From: Actinomycetota bacterium
Lineage (GTDB): Bacteria; Actinomycetota; Actinomycetes; Actinomycetales; Microbacteriaceae
Length of the DNA: 64,000 bases
NCBI GenBank assembly: GCA_039804865.1
Contig: JBDLVH010000027.1
Span: 4,193-68,192, forward strand
Direction: 5' to 3'
Part shown: positions 37,621 to 47,210 of the stretch, in pieces
Layout: the number at the start of each line of letters is the position of its first letter
How positions within the stretch are numbered: the first letter of the stretch is position 1
Notes under the pieces: model-generated
The model's input: the letters and a program-made list of their open reading frames with translations, nothing else
What the model was told of the DNA's origin: nothing
The model's database searches: none
Made by a program: the position numbers and the translations under genes

Positions 37621-38652
37621 ATGTCGAAATTGCCAGGAAAAGACGGGCCCACTAAGCGCCCTTCCATTTCCGACGTTGCCGCGATGGCGGGAGTGTCGAC
37701 CTCGGCAGTTTCCAAGGTATTGCGTGATGCCTATGGTGTTAGCCCGTTGATGCGGGCAACAGTTGAAAATGCAATCAAGAAATTGGGATACCGCCCCCGC
37801 CCAGGAGCACGGGCCATGCGTGGCAAAAGCCAATTAATTGGTGTGCAGGTTCCAAATTTTGGAAATGACTTTTTCACACAAATCATCGACGGTATACAGG
37901 CGCGCCTTGCCGGCACCGAATTCGAAATTGTTATTGCGGTACCGGGTCGCCCAAACAACGGCCACAACACCCTGGAGGCGCTCGTTGACCACCAAGTTGA
38001 CGGCATTCTTGCAGTAGCTCTTGAGGTGCCACCTGAAGAGATTCTCAAAATCTCTCGCGAAACTCCCATTGTGGTTATCGGCCGCCATGACTCTTCGCAC
38101 GAATACGACTCGGTTTTTAGTGACGATTTTGAAGGCACGAAATTGGCCTTGCAATACCTTTACGATCAGGGCCATCGCCAAATAGTTCACGTAACTTTGA
38201 AGCCAACCTTCGATCGTTCCGATGCCAAGAATCCACACTCAGTGCGTCTGTTAGCCTATGAAACTTTCATGCAGTCGCATGGGCTCAAGAGTCAGGTTTT
38301 GATTCACAATTTTGGTTCGTCAGGGCTTACCGATGAGGTTCGTGAACTATTTGAGAACGAGCCAAAGCCAACCGCAATATTTGCTGGACACGACGAATTG
38401 GCCCTCGAAGTTCTTGGGTCCCTCACTGAACTAGGACTTACCACCAAGGATGTTGCACTTATCGGCTACGACGACACCAAACTTGCGGCACACCCTCTTA
38501 TTGGGTTGACCACGGTTCGTCAGTTTGGTGAGCAGCTGGGAAAGACTGCCACCGAACTGCTGCTAGAGCGCATTTCCGGCGAACGCGAAACGGCTAGCCA
38601 TGTAAGTGTGATGCCAAAGATGATTGTTAGGGAAACTACGCCACAACCGTGA
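37621..38652 (+). CDS. LacI-family regulator (second)
   Basis: SISDVAAMAGVSTSAVSKVL HTH, PTAIFA, IGYDD, LTTVRQ; overlaps the convergent GH3 by 17 bp. Confidence 0.92.
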   Translation: MSKLPGKDGPTKRPSISDVAAMAGVSTSAVSKVLRDAYGVSPLMRATVENAIKKLGYRPRPGARAMRGKSQLIGVQVPNFGNDFFTQIIDGIQARLAGTEFEIVIAVPGRPNNGHNTLEALVDHQVDGILAVALEVPPEEILKISRETPIVVIGRHDSSHEYDSVFSDDFEGTKLALQYLYDQGHRQIVHVTLKPTFDRSDAKNPHSVRLLAYETFMQSHGLKSQVLIHNFGSSGLTDEVRELFENEPKPTAIFAGHDELALEVLGSLTELGLTTKDVALIGYDDTKLAAHPLIGLTTVRQFGEQLGKTATELLLERISGERETASHVSVMPKMIVRETTPQP

Positions 38653-40873
38653 AATCTGCCACCAAAAGCTGGCTGTCGCTAGAGTTTGGTCCCACTGCAA
38701 GGCCAAAAGTTCCCGGTTCAACAATTCGAGTGCCAGAGGCATCGACTAACGAGAGATCGTCCACCTTCAGTTTCAGTTCAACCTGGAGCTTCTGTCCCGC
38801 TGCAACGTGCACCTTTTTGAAGCCCTTAAGTTCTTTTGAGGCCCAGGTTACCGAAGTCACATAGTCCTGAATATAAACCTGTACGGTTTCGATACAGTCC
38901 CTGTCGCCTAGATTTTCTAGCCATACAGTTGCCGTTACTTCTGACCCAAGCTTGAACTCATCGCCAACGATTTGCAGACCTGAATACTCGACTTTTGTGA
39001 ACGAAAGTCCATGGCCAAAAACGAAGGCTGGTTCTTGGGTTAGATCTGCATAGCGATAGCCATGCTGGCCTCGCACTTGGTTGTAATAGGTTGGCTGCTG
39101 GCCAACGTGGATGGGTATGGAGAGAGGTAGGCGCCCGCTTGGTTCGACCTTACCCAGGAGTACTTCGGCAATGGCCCTACCTCCCTGCATACCGGGACTG
39201 AATGTTTGGATTAGCGCATTTGCGCGCAAGGCAGACTCGGGAAGAACAAGTGGCTTTGTCGACAAAACAACCACCACGAGTGGCTTACCCAAGTTAGCTA
39301 GGTGTTCGAGCAGCTCAAGTTGGCCGCCGATTAGCTCCAAAGTTGCAGTTGACCTGAGTTCACCTGCGAGAGGAACAGAGTCGCCAACAACAGCAACGAT
39401 GATGTCAGAGTTGGAAGCTACATCGATGGCTTCCTTCAGGAGTTCTGGATCAGAAGGTGCAGGAACAACAATCTTTGGACGTGGTTGGCCATCAATAAGT
39501 TCTCCGCCATTTGGATCATCCTCAAGTGAAGCGATGTTTGCTCCACGGGCGTAAGAGACTTCCCAGTCGCCGGGAACTAAACCCTTTAGACCGTCTAGAA
39601 CGGTGACAATTTGCTCACGAGGCTGCCCCTCAGGCATCCAGTTGATTTGCCCGGAATTGCCCGCCCAGTCGCCAAGTTGGTTCTGCGCATCGTCTGCATT
39701 TGGGCCGATAACAGCGATCTTTGTGGCCTTCTTGGAAGGCAACGGCAGGAGCCCGTCATTTGCCAACAAGACCACGCCGGCCCTTGCTAGTTCAAGGTTT
39801 GTCTGGGTGTGTTCCTCGGAGCCAATCACCTGCTCCTGCATCTCCACGCTTGGGAGACGCGGGTTTTCGAATAGGCCCAATTCAAACTTCAGAGTCAGGA
39901 TTCGTCGAACCGCGGCATCGATCTCCGCTTCGTCAATGTCGCCATTGGCAACCGCCTCCTGGGCAGCTTCATAGAACTGCCACGTGGTCATTACTAGGTC
40001 GTTTCCTGCCTTGACGGCAACTGCCGCTGCATGAACGAATGATGGTGAGGTCTTTTGTTCCCAGACCATCCGGCCAACGTTGTCCCAGTCTGTTACCAAA
40101 GTCCCGGTAAATCCCCACTCTTTCTTGAGGACGTCGTTTAGCAACCACTTATTGGCAGTGATCGGAACGCCATCGATGGCCTGGTACCCAAGCATGAAAG
40201 TACGACAGCCTTCTTTGGCCACGCGTTCAAACGGTGGCAGGAACCAGCTGCGCAGCTTTCTAGGGCTCAAGTCCGCTTCACTGGCATCTCGTCCACCCTG
40301 AGTTTCCGAGTATCCGGCAAAGTGCTTTGCAGTAGCCAGGACCGCGGTCTGGTCCGATAGTCCGCTTCCCTGATAACCCCGCACCATAGCCGAGCCCAAC
40401 TCGCCGATTAGGAATGGGTCCTCGCCGAAGGTCTCACCAACGCGACCCCAACGGAGGTCGCGGGTGATGCAAAGCACAGGCGAAAAGGTCCAGTGAATGC
40501 CAGTGGCAGCAATTTCCTTGGCCGTTTCTCTTGCAGCCCTCTCAATAAGGGGAGCGTCCCAACTGCAGGCCATGCCCAACTGAGTTGGATAGATTGTTGC
40601 GCCCTCCCAGAAAGAGTGCCCGTGGATTGCGTCATCGGCAACCAGAAGAGGAATTTGCAACCTCGTCTTTGCAACATATTCCTGCGACCTAGCCAACTGT
40701 TCTGGCGAGGTGTGCAAAACCGAACCTACCTCAAACTTGTCGATGAGGTCTTCTAGTCCGCGTCGGGCATCTAGTTGTAGCATCTGCCCCACCTTTTCGG
40801 AGAGGGTCATTTGCCCAAGGAGTGCTTCTACTCGATCCTGGATTGGCAAAGAAGGGTCACGGAAGTCGACCAT
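38636..40873 (-). CDS. GH3 beta-glucosidase/beta-xylosidase (BglX type)
   Basis: DAIHGH, RDLRWGRVGETFGEDP, KHFAGY, VTDW nucleophile, Fn3-like tail; no signal peptide. Confidence 0.93.
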   Translation of the reverse strand: MVDFRDPSLPIQDRVEALLGQMTLSEKVGQMLQLDARRGLEDLIDKFEVGSVLHTSPEQLARSQEYVAKTRLQIPLLVADDAIHGHSFWEGATIYPTQLGMACSWDAPLIERAARETAKEIAATGIHWTFSPVLCITRDLRWGRVGETFGEDPFLIGELGSAMVRGYQGSGLSDQTAVLATAKHFAGYSETQGGRDASEADLSPRKLRSWFLPPFERVAKEGCRTFMLGYQAIDGVPITANKWLLNDVLKKEWGFTGTLVTDWDNVGRMVWEQKTSPSFVHAAAVAVKAGNDLVMTTWQFYEAAQEAVANGDIDEAEIDAAVRRILTLKFELGLFENPRLPSVEMQEQVIGSEEHTQTNLELARAGVVLLANDGLLPLPSKKATKIAVIGPNADDAQNQLGDWAGNSGQINWMPEGQPREQIVTVLDGLKGLVPGDWEVSYARGANIASLEDDPNGGELIDGQPRPKIVVPAPSDPELLKEAIDVASNSDIIVAVVGDSVPLAGELRSTATLELIGGQLELLEHLANLGKPLVVVVLSTKPLVLPESALRANALIQTFSPGMQGGRAIAEVLLGKVEPSGRLPLSIPIHVGQQPTYYNQVRGQHGYRYADLTQEPAFVFGHGLSFTKVEYSGLQIVGDEFKLGSEVTATVWLENLGDRDCIETVQVYIQDYVTSVTWASKELKGFKKVHVAAGQKLQVELKLKVDDLSLVDASGTRIVEPGTFGLAVGPNSSDSQLLVADFTVVA

Positions 40874-40876
40874 GCT

Positions 40877-41710
40877 TTAGCCCTTGACCGCTCCCGCAGT
40901 CATTCCAGCCACAATGCGCTTGTTGAAGAAAGCAAACATAATGACCATAGGCACGGTCACTAGCAGGATGTCCATGAACAGCAGGTTGTAGCTTGAGTTG
41001 AACTGGCTGGTGAAGTTGAAAAGTGTGAGCTGAACAGTTTCGGAGCCTGGACCATTCAAGTAATACAGCGGCTGAGTGAAGTCGTTGAATACGTTCACCG
41101 AGTTCAAAATAATGGCGGTAACCGTTACTGATCGGAGTAGCGGGAAGATAACAGAGAAGTACAGACGGAATGGGCCGGCTCCGTCGATGATTGCCGCTTC
41201 ATCCAATTCCTTTGGGATGGTTGAAATGAAGGCTCGGAAGATCATCACGGTAAACGCAGAGTTGTATGCAACCTCAATCAGGATCATTCCTGGGAACGAG
41301 CCATAGATATGCAGCCCCTGCATGATGAAGATGGTTGGAACCACTGCAGGCGGAATCATTAGACCGGCCAGTAGCATTCCATTGGCTACCTTGGTAACCC
41401 GCCCTGGGCGACGAACAATGATGTAAGCGGCCATCGAGCAGAGGAAGACAAGAATGGTCACAGAACAAACCGAGAGCAAAATCGAGTTGAAGAATGCTCT
41501 AGGAAGCATGAAGTGGTTTGCCTGAACCACATCAACAATGTTCTGCCAGATCTGCCAGTGCTTTGGCAGGCTGAACTGCAAGAGCAGCGAGTCCTGTGCG
41601 TCCTTAGACGCGGTTAGGAAAATAAATGCGAATGGGACAAAGAAGACCGCAACTGCAATAACGAGTGCGACAGAACCCCAAATCCAAGCCTTAGTTTTTT
41701 CGCGAGTCAT
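40877..41710 (-). CDS. Carbohydrate (CUT1) ABC permease, MalG type
   Basis: Start MTREKT at 41710; IPKELDEAAIIDGAG EAA loop; terminal GMTAGAVKG. Confidence 0.92.
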   Translation of the reverse strand: MTREKTKAWIWGSVALVIAVAVFFVPFAFIFLTASKDAQDSLLLQFSLPKHWQIWQNIVDVVQANHFMLPRAFFNSILLSVCSVTILVFLCSMAAYIIVRRPGRVTKVANGMLLAGLMIPPAVVPTIFIMQGLHIYGSFPGMILIEVAYNSAFTVMIFRAFISTIPKELDEAAIIDGAGPFRLYFSVIFPLLRSVTVTAIILNSVNVFNDFTQPLYYLNGPGSETVQLTLFNFTSQFNSSYNLLFMDILLVTVPMVIMFAFFNKRIVAGMTAGAVKG

Positions 41711-42597
41711 TACTCGATCTCCTGTTCTTTCTTCTGCAGGAATCGCTGCAGTGGAAGGATTAGCACCAAAATCAGCAGGAACATGATTACGTTGCCAGCA
41801 GTGGACAAACCGTAGAAACCGGCCTGGTACTTCTTGTAGACAAGCGACGCAAGCACGTCGGAAGCGAAGCCTGGGCCACCGCCTGTCATGGCCCAAATCA
41901 GATCGAAGCTCCTCAATCCACCGATAAGGGAGAGGATGATCACGGTATTGGTAGCTGGGCGGAGCAGCGGGAAAATGATGTGTCTAAAGTTCTGGAAGGT
42001 GGTGACGCCATCCATCTTGGCGGCCTCATAGTATTCCTGAGGAATTGCAGCCATACCTGCAATAAAGATTACGGTTGCTAGGCCAACACCCTTCCAGATG
42101 TCGACGGCGGCTACGGCGTAAAGCGCGGTATTGACATTTCCAAGAAGGCCTTCAGGCGGGATGCCAAACACCTTTAGGGCCTCGGCAATTAGGCCAACAT
42201 TTGGTTTGAAGAGCTCTTGGAATGTTACGCCAACACCGATGGTGGAAACAAGAACTGGGAAAAATACAACATTGCGTAGGAAGTTGCGGAATTTGATGTT
42301 GCTGATGAGTACAACACCGAAGAACATGCCCAGGACAACTTTGACGCCAGAAGTTAGGAAAGCGTAGATGAAGGTGTGGACCACACCACCTTGTAGAAAT
42401 GGATCCTGGAAGAAGAGTTTGTAGTTGTCGAAACCAATGAACACAGTGTTGAAGAGTGTCCAGCGCTGCATCGCATAGTAAAACGAGGTGATGGTCGGAG
42501 CGACATAGAGGGTAAGGAAGATCACCGCTGTAGGGATGGCAAACCAAAGCGGGTATGACTTGAGGCGGTTCTTCATCAAGCTGGATACTTTACTCAT
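41710..42597 (-). CDS. Carbohydrate (CUT1) ABC permease, MalF type
   Basis: FIGFDNY, WKGVG, YYEAAKMDG, SFDLIWAMTGGGPG. Confidence 0.92.
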   Translation of the reverse strand: MSKVSSLMKNRLKSYPLWFAIPTAVIFLTLYVAPTITSFYYAMQRWTLFNTVFIGFDNYKLFFQDPFLQGGVVHTFIYAFLTSGVKVVLGMFFGVVLISNIKFRNFLRNVVFFPVLVSTIGVGVTFQELFKPNVGLIAEALKVFGIPPEGLLGNVNTALYAVAAVDIWKGVGLATVIFIAGMAAIPQEYYEAAKMDGVTTFQNFRHIIFPLLRPATNTVIILSLIGGLRSFDLIWAMTGGGPGFASDVLASLVYKKYQAGFYGLSTAGNVIMFLLILVLILPLQRFLQKKEQEIE

Positions 42598-42622
42598 TTT
42601 TCATAGCCTTCTATGTGCTAGT

Positions 42623-42659
42623 GGTATTGGGGGTTCGGATAAACCGAACCCCCAATACC
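42623..42659. other. Strong hairpin after substrate-binding gene
   Basis: GGTATTGGGGGTTCGG-ATAAA-CCGAACCCCCAATACC, perfect 16-bp stem. Confidence 0.7.
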
Positions 42660-42676
42660 TTGTTACTTATTGTGTT

Positions 42677-43972
42677 TTACCAGCCAGCTAGACCAAGCTG
42701 CTGAGCCTGAGCTACAACATCCTGATCGTAGAGTGCTGCACCTGCAGCAGCGGTAACCTGTCCGGTAGCTACCTGAACACAGATGCCTGGAAGGTTTGGA
42801 CCCTTGATTGCCGAGAGGAACTCTAGAGCAGGGAAGGTCTTGCCGGATGAAACTAGGGCAGCGAGGTTACGGGTTGCAAGAGCTGCATCAGCTGGAGCCT
42901 TGCTCTGGTCCTTGGTAACGAATGGACCCTGGTAACCAACACCGGCTACGAATGCATCGGTACCAGCCTTGCTTGCAACAAAAGCAAGGAACTTCTTGGT
43001 CTCTGCAAGGTGGGTGGTGGTCTTAGCAATGTATAGACCGCTTGGCATCCAGGTGGTTAGACCTACGTTCTTAGGGTCCTTACCTGGAAGTGCAAAGAAG
43101 CCAACCTTGTTAAGTGCATCGCCAGTTAGGCTCGAGGTGAACCAGGTACCCATTGGGTACATGCCACACTTGCCATTGGAGATACGGGTGATTGCATCGT
43201 TGTACTTTGCGGTTGCTGCGTCTGCGTTGTAGAGACCAGCCTTTGCAAGCTCTTCGATGTGCTGGAAACCAGCTAGTGCAGCTGGAACCTTTGCGTACTT
43301 TGCCTTGTTGGCGTTGTACTTAGCAACGAAGTCTGGCATTGCGGCGTGCACGTTGTAGAAGTCAGCCAGAACAAGCAGCTGGGCAGTCCACGAGTCACCG
43401 TTGGTGCCACAAACTGCGTCAACGCCCGAAGCCTTGATCTTCTTAGCGTCAGTTACAAACTCAGCCCAAGTCTTTGGGTTGCTCTTGATGCCGGCAGCCT
43501 TGAATACGTCGGTGTTGTAGTAAATACCGCCACCGCTGGCAACGTCGTATGGAGCACCGTAAACCTGCTTGCTAACGGTAACTGCGGTCTGGAACGAGCT
43601 GTAGACGTTCTTCTGGAACTTCTCCTTGGTAACAGGAACCAGAGTCTTAGCTGGGTTAAGTGCGATTAGCAGTGCACCGGTGTTGTAGTCGAAAACATCT
43701 TCCATGTTTCCGGTTGCAAGCTTGGTCTTGATTAGGTTGTCGCCATCGGCACCGCCAGGACGGCCGTGGACCTCAACGTGGATCGATGGGTTTGCCGCCT
43801 CGAAGGCCTTCACAACCGAGTCAGCCTTCTTGAGGGCAGTTGGGCCGTTCTGGGTCAACCAGGTGATGGTGGTAGTTGCTGCATGTGCTGGTGCTACAGC
43901 ACCAACAGTTGCAAACAAGGTTGCGCAAGCGGCGACTGCGAAGACGCCGCGCTTTAGAGAACTACTAAGCAT
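42677..43972 (-). CDS. Family-1 oligosaccharide-binding protein
   Basis: Start MLSSSLK at 43972 after GGGAG; FEAANPSI, IYYNTDVF, PKTWAEF, MYPMGTW. The longer ORF start at 44224 is implausible. Confidence 0.88.
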   Translation of the reverse strand: MLSSSLKRGVFAVAACATLFATVGAVAPAHAATTTITWLTQNGPTALKKADSVVKAFEAANPSIHVEVHGRPGGADGDNLIKTKLATGNMEDVFDYNTGALLIALNPAKTLVPVTKEKFQKNVYSSFQTAVTVSKQVYGAPYDVASGGGIYYNTDVFKAAGIKSNPKTWAEFVTDAKKIKASGVDAVCGTNGDSWTAQLLVLADFYNVHAAMPDFVAKYNANKAKYAKVPAALAGFQHIEELAKAGLYNADAATAKYNDAITRISNGKCGMYPMGTWFTSSLTGDALNKVGFFALPGKDPKNVGLTTWMPSGLYIAKTTTHLAETKKFLAFVASKAGTDAFVAGVGYQGPFVTKDQSKAPADAALATRNLAALVSSGKTFPALEFLSAIKGPNLPGICVQVATGQVTAAAGAALYDQDVVAQAQQLGLAGW

Positions 43973-44021
43973 TGCTCCCTTTTCCTTTCGTCTTTTAAGG
44001 CTGGGAACTACCCCACCTAAT

Positions 44022-44123
44022 CCTTGAACCGTTTCAAGGCTAGGTTCAAGGTAATAGCCTATCGACCCTGTTTGCAAGTTGAAACGTGTAACAGTTGTGT
44101 AACTATGGATGTAATCGTTTTCA
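44022..44123. promoter_or_regulatory. Promoter and LacI-type operators of divergent SBP / GH78 region
   Basis: Minus-strand TTGCAA-N18-TACCTT (44077-44048); CCTTGAACCGTTTCAAGG (44022-44039); TGTAATCGTTTTCA (44110-44123); weaker TTGAAACGTGTAA (44079-44091). Confidence 0.6.
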
Positions 44124-44295
44124 GTTAAAACCTTGTCCTGACAGGCTTTTACGGGGATGTTCGCCATTTTGTGTAGATTTTGAGCATTATTTGTGTAGAA
44201 CATTCCACATTGAATTAGTGACAAACTAGTTGCGATTTAGAAACAAGAAATGACCGAGTGGTCATTGTGGAGTAGAACACACAAGATAGGCAAGA

Positions 44296-46983
44296 ATGAG
44301 CCACGCACCCGTCCCAATCGACAGGCAGACCCGAGTCGCAGCGCTAAAGAGCCAATTTCCGAAAACTCTGATTGGCTTGCCCGACGTCGAGATTGCCCTG
44401 AGTTGGGCAATCTCCAGTGATCGGATTGATGCTGCCCAACTTTCATATGAGATTGAGGCGTCCGCAGATAGCAACTTCACATCGGTGCTTGCGGCTACCG
44501 GTGTAGTTGATTCACCTAAACAGGTATCCGTTCGCACGCCAAAGCTCGTTGCATATTCGCGCGAGATTCGTTACTACCGAGTCAAAATCCAAACCGAGTA
44601 TGGGTGGACTGACTGGAGCGAGTCGCTCACTGTCGAGTTTGGACTGCTAGATGCATCTGACTACCTGGCCGTTTTCATCGGTGACTCGAGCCCGAAGTTC
44701 TCGCCGTCCCCCATCCTCAGGAAGGAAGTCATCCTTTCCAACGCACCTACCAAAGCTCGGCTTTACGTCACTTCTTTGGGCCTAAACCACTTCTACATCA
44801 ATGGGATCGACACCAGCAACACCTTCCTAAACCCTGGTTGGACCGCATACCGCCACCGACTCCTTGTAGAAACCCATGATGTAACGCACCTTCTGCATGA
44901 GGGAGTGAATGCGCTAGGCGCCGAAATCAGCGATGGCTGGTGGCGAGGCAAGTTGGGATTCATGAATGAATCTGCGCTTTATGGCAACGAGATTGGCCTA
45001 TTCGCCCAACTAGAAGTCGCCTACTCTGACGGAAGTTCCGAGACCTTTTCCACTGACACTGACTGGGTCAGCTCCAATGCAGAGATCGTTTTTAGCTCGA
45101 TCTACGATGGCTCAACAATTGATTTCAGAAATGCAAAGCCGGGTTGGAAGCAGCCAGGGTTTGACGCCTCTGACTGGCAAAACACTTCCATCGTTGCCTG
45201 CAACAAGCACATTCTCGCGCCTCGAAGCACCAACCCCGTCCGTAAGGTCGGGGAATTCGCTTTGAAGGTTGAACCCCAAGCAGACCGCTCACTTCTTCGC
45301 GGCACTCAAAACATAAGCGGCTGGGTGCGCTTGGTTGTTGACGGTAAAGCCGGCCAAACGGTGGTCGTAAGGCACGCCGAGGTTCTCGAGCCAGGTGACA
45401 AACTGCACACCAAGGCTCTTAGAAGCGCCAAGGCTACCGACACCTACATCCTCCAAACCGACGGCAGGCACGTGCTTGAACCTAGATTTACCTTCCACGG
45501 TTTTCAGCATGCAGATGTTGTGACCGAGGCCGAGATTGTTTCCGCGGTGGCAGTTGCAATCAGTTCTGACAATGATCGCCGCAGCTGGTTCGAATCCTCC
45601 GACTACCATCTGAATCGCCTTCACGAAAACGTAGTGTGGTCTCAGCTCGACAACTTTGTTTCGGTGCCGACGGATTGCCCGCAGAGAGATGAACGTCTCG
45701 GTTGGACTGGCGACGCCCAGGCCTTCGCATCCACCTCAAACACGCTCTTCAACACCAACGCATTCTGGAACAGCTGGCTTCAGGACCTGGCTTTGGAGCA
45801 ATTTGAGAATGGTGATGTAACGGCAATCGTGCCAGATATTTTCAAGACTGGCGAAGGCCAGGCCATTGACGGGTGGATTATGGAGGGCCGAGCCGGATGG
45901 GCTGACGCAGCGACCATCATTCCCCTTTCGCTCTACGAATACTTTGCTGATGAACAAGTTCTAAGCGCTCAGCTTGAAAGTATGCGCAAATGGGTGGGGG
46001 CACTCCTAACCCGTCGAGGCAATGAAAAGTTCTTGCCTACACAGTTCCAATTCGGCGACTGGTGCGACCCCGATGCACCAGGCGACAGACCATGGGAGGC
46101 CAAGGTTTCCGCAGACTATGTGGCCAATTCGTTCTTTGCACACTCTCTCGATTTGCTTGCAAGAGCCGAGCGACTGGTTGGAGAGAAAACGGCTGCAGAA
46201 TCCTTCGAATCGCTTTCACGAGCTCTAAAGGCTGACATTTGGCATCAGATGGGCGAAGCCGCACGATTGACTACGGCAGGATGTTCGATTGCCCTCGAAT
46301 TCGATATTGCTCCTGCCGAACAGCGAACTGCCCTGGCACAGCACCTGGCCGACATGGTCAAGAACGATGAAGGCATGATAACCACCGGCTTCTTGGCAAC
46401 TCCATTGGTGCTGCACGCCCTATCAAAAAATGGCCATGCGGATGCCGCTTACGCAATGCTTATGAGGCGCGATTTCCGTTCGTGGCTATACGCAATCGAC
46501 AAGGGCGCCACATCGATTTGGGAACGTTGGGACGCAATCCGCGAGGACGGCTCCATTCACACGGGAGCAATGGACACCGAGCCTGATGGCCAAGATGACT
46601 CTTCGATGATCAGCTTTAATCACTACGCCTACGGAGCGGTAGTGGATTGGATTTACCGGAATGTTGCCGGAATTGCGCCAAGCCTAGACGGACCTGGATA
46701 CCAAACTGCAGTTATTGAGCCAAAGCCAGCAAATGGTCTTACGTTTGCCAAGGCTGAGATCAAGTCCGCGCTTGGTAAATGGGCAATCGACTGGAAGCTC
46801 GATCCCGATCAAAAGCTGATTGTGAACTTGGACGTTCCATTTGGAGCGAAGGCGGAGGTTCAACTGCCTGCACAAGGACACTCGGTAGTGCGATGCAATG
46901 GCGTTGAGATTGGATCGTCCCTGACTTTGACCTACGGCAAGTACCTACTCACGGTAACTGATGCTGCGGTGATTACTTACTAA
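44296..46983 (+). CDS. GH78 alpha-L-rhamnosidase, copy 2
   Basis: [40 protein letters not shown]; no signal peptide. Confidence 0.93.
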   Translation: MSHAPVPIDRQTRVAALKSQFPKTLIGLPDVEIALSWAISSDRIDAAQLSYEIEASADSNFTSVLAATGVVDSPKQVSVRTPKLVAYSREIRYYRVKIQTEYGWTDWSESLTVEFGLLDASDYLAVFIGDSSPKFSPSPILRKEVILSNAPTKARLYVTSLGLNHFYINGIDTSNTFLNPGWTAYRHRLLVETHDVTHLLHEGVNALGAEISDGWWRGKLGFMNESALYGNEIGLFAQLEVAYSDGSSETFSTDTDWVSSNAEIVFSSIYDGSTIDFRNAKPGWKQPGFDASDWQNTSIVACNKHILAPRSTNPVRKVGEFALKVEPQADRSLLRGTQNISGWVRLVVDGKAGQTVVVRHAEVLEPGDKLHTKALRSAKATDTYILQTDGRHVLEPRFTFHGFQHADVVTEAEIVSAVAVAISSDNDRRSWFESSDYHLNRLHENVVWSQLDNFVSVPTDCPQRDERLGWTGDAQAFASTSNTLFNTNAFWNSWLQDLALEQFENGDVTAIVPDIFKTGEGQAIDGWIMEGRAGWADAATIIPLSLYEYFADEQVLSAQLESMRKWVGALLTRRGNEKFLPTQFQFGDWCDPDAPGDRPWEAKVSADYVANSFFAHSLDLLARAERLVGEKTAAESFESLSRALKADIWHQMGEAARLTTAGCSIALEFDIAPAEQRTALAQHLADMVKNDEGMITTGFLATPLVLHALSKNGHADAAYAMLMRRDFRSWLYAIDKGATSIWERWDAIREDGSIHTGAMDTEPDGQDDSSMISFNHYAYGAVVDWIYRNVAGIAPSLDGPGYQTAVIEPKPANGLTFAKAEIKSALGKWAIDWKLDPDQKLIVNLDVPFGAKAEVQLPAQGHSVVRCNGVEIGSSLTLTYGKYLLTVTDAAVITY

Positions 46984-47194
46984 GGAGCATAAAATCACCT
47001 TTTTGATAGGCCCCTGGCTTCGCTAGGAGCGACGAACACCCCGAAACTCAAACTTTTGATGTTTGGGGCCGAAAACAGTCCGCATAACAAGCGGGGCGAT
47101 TCCGGCCACCTTCCTTATAACGTTTCAATCACAAACGTCACTACTGCTATTTCGCACACCCAGTGCATGCAATAGCCTGATGAAGTGAAATGTT

Positions 47195-47206
47195 TGAAAC
47201 GTTTCA
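47195..47206. promoter_or_regulatory. LacI-type operator of rhamnose ABC operon
   Basis: Perfect palindrome TGAAACGTTTCA just upstream of the GTG; degenerate copy TTATAACGTTTCAA at 47115-47128. Confidence 0.7.
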
Positions 47207-47210
47207 TTGA

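Noticed and set aside
43973-44224. 84-aa N-terminal extension of the family-1 SBP in the ORF track
   Set aside because: Runs through an AT-rich promoter/operator region; the signal peptide and RBS point to 43972.
34941-45726. Nucleotide similarity between the two GH78 genes as a repeat or recent duplication
   Set aside because: Confined to conserved motifs with many synonymous differences; this is paralogy, not a DNA repeat.
46984-47110. Structured intergenic region as a possible small RNA or riboswitch
   Set aside because: Only weak imperfect hairpins (e.g. 47039-47068); no recognisable family motif.
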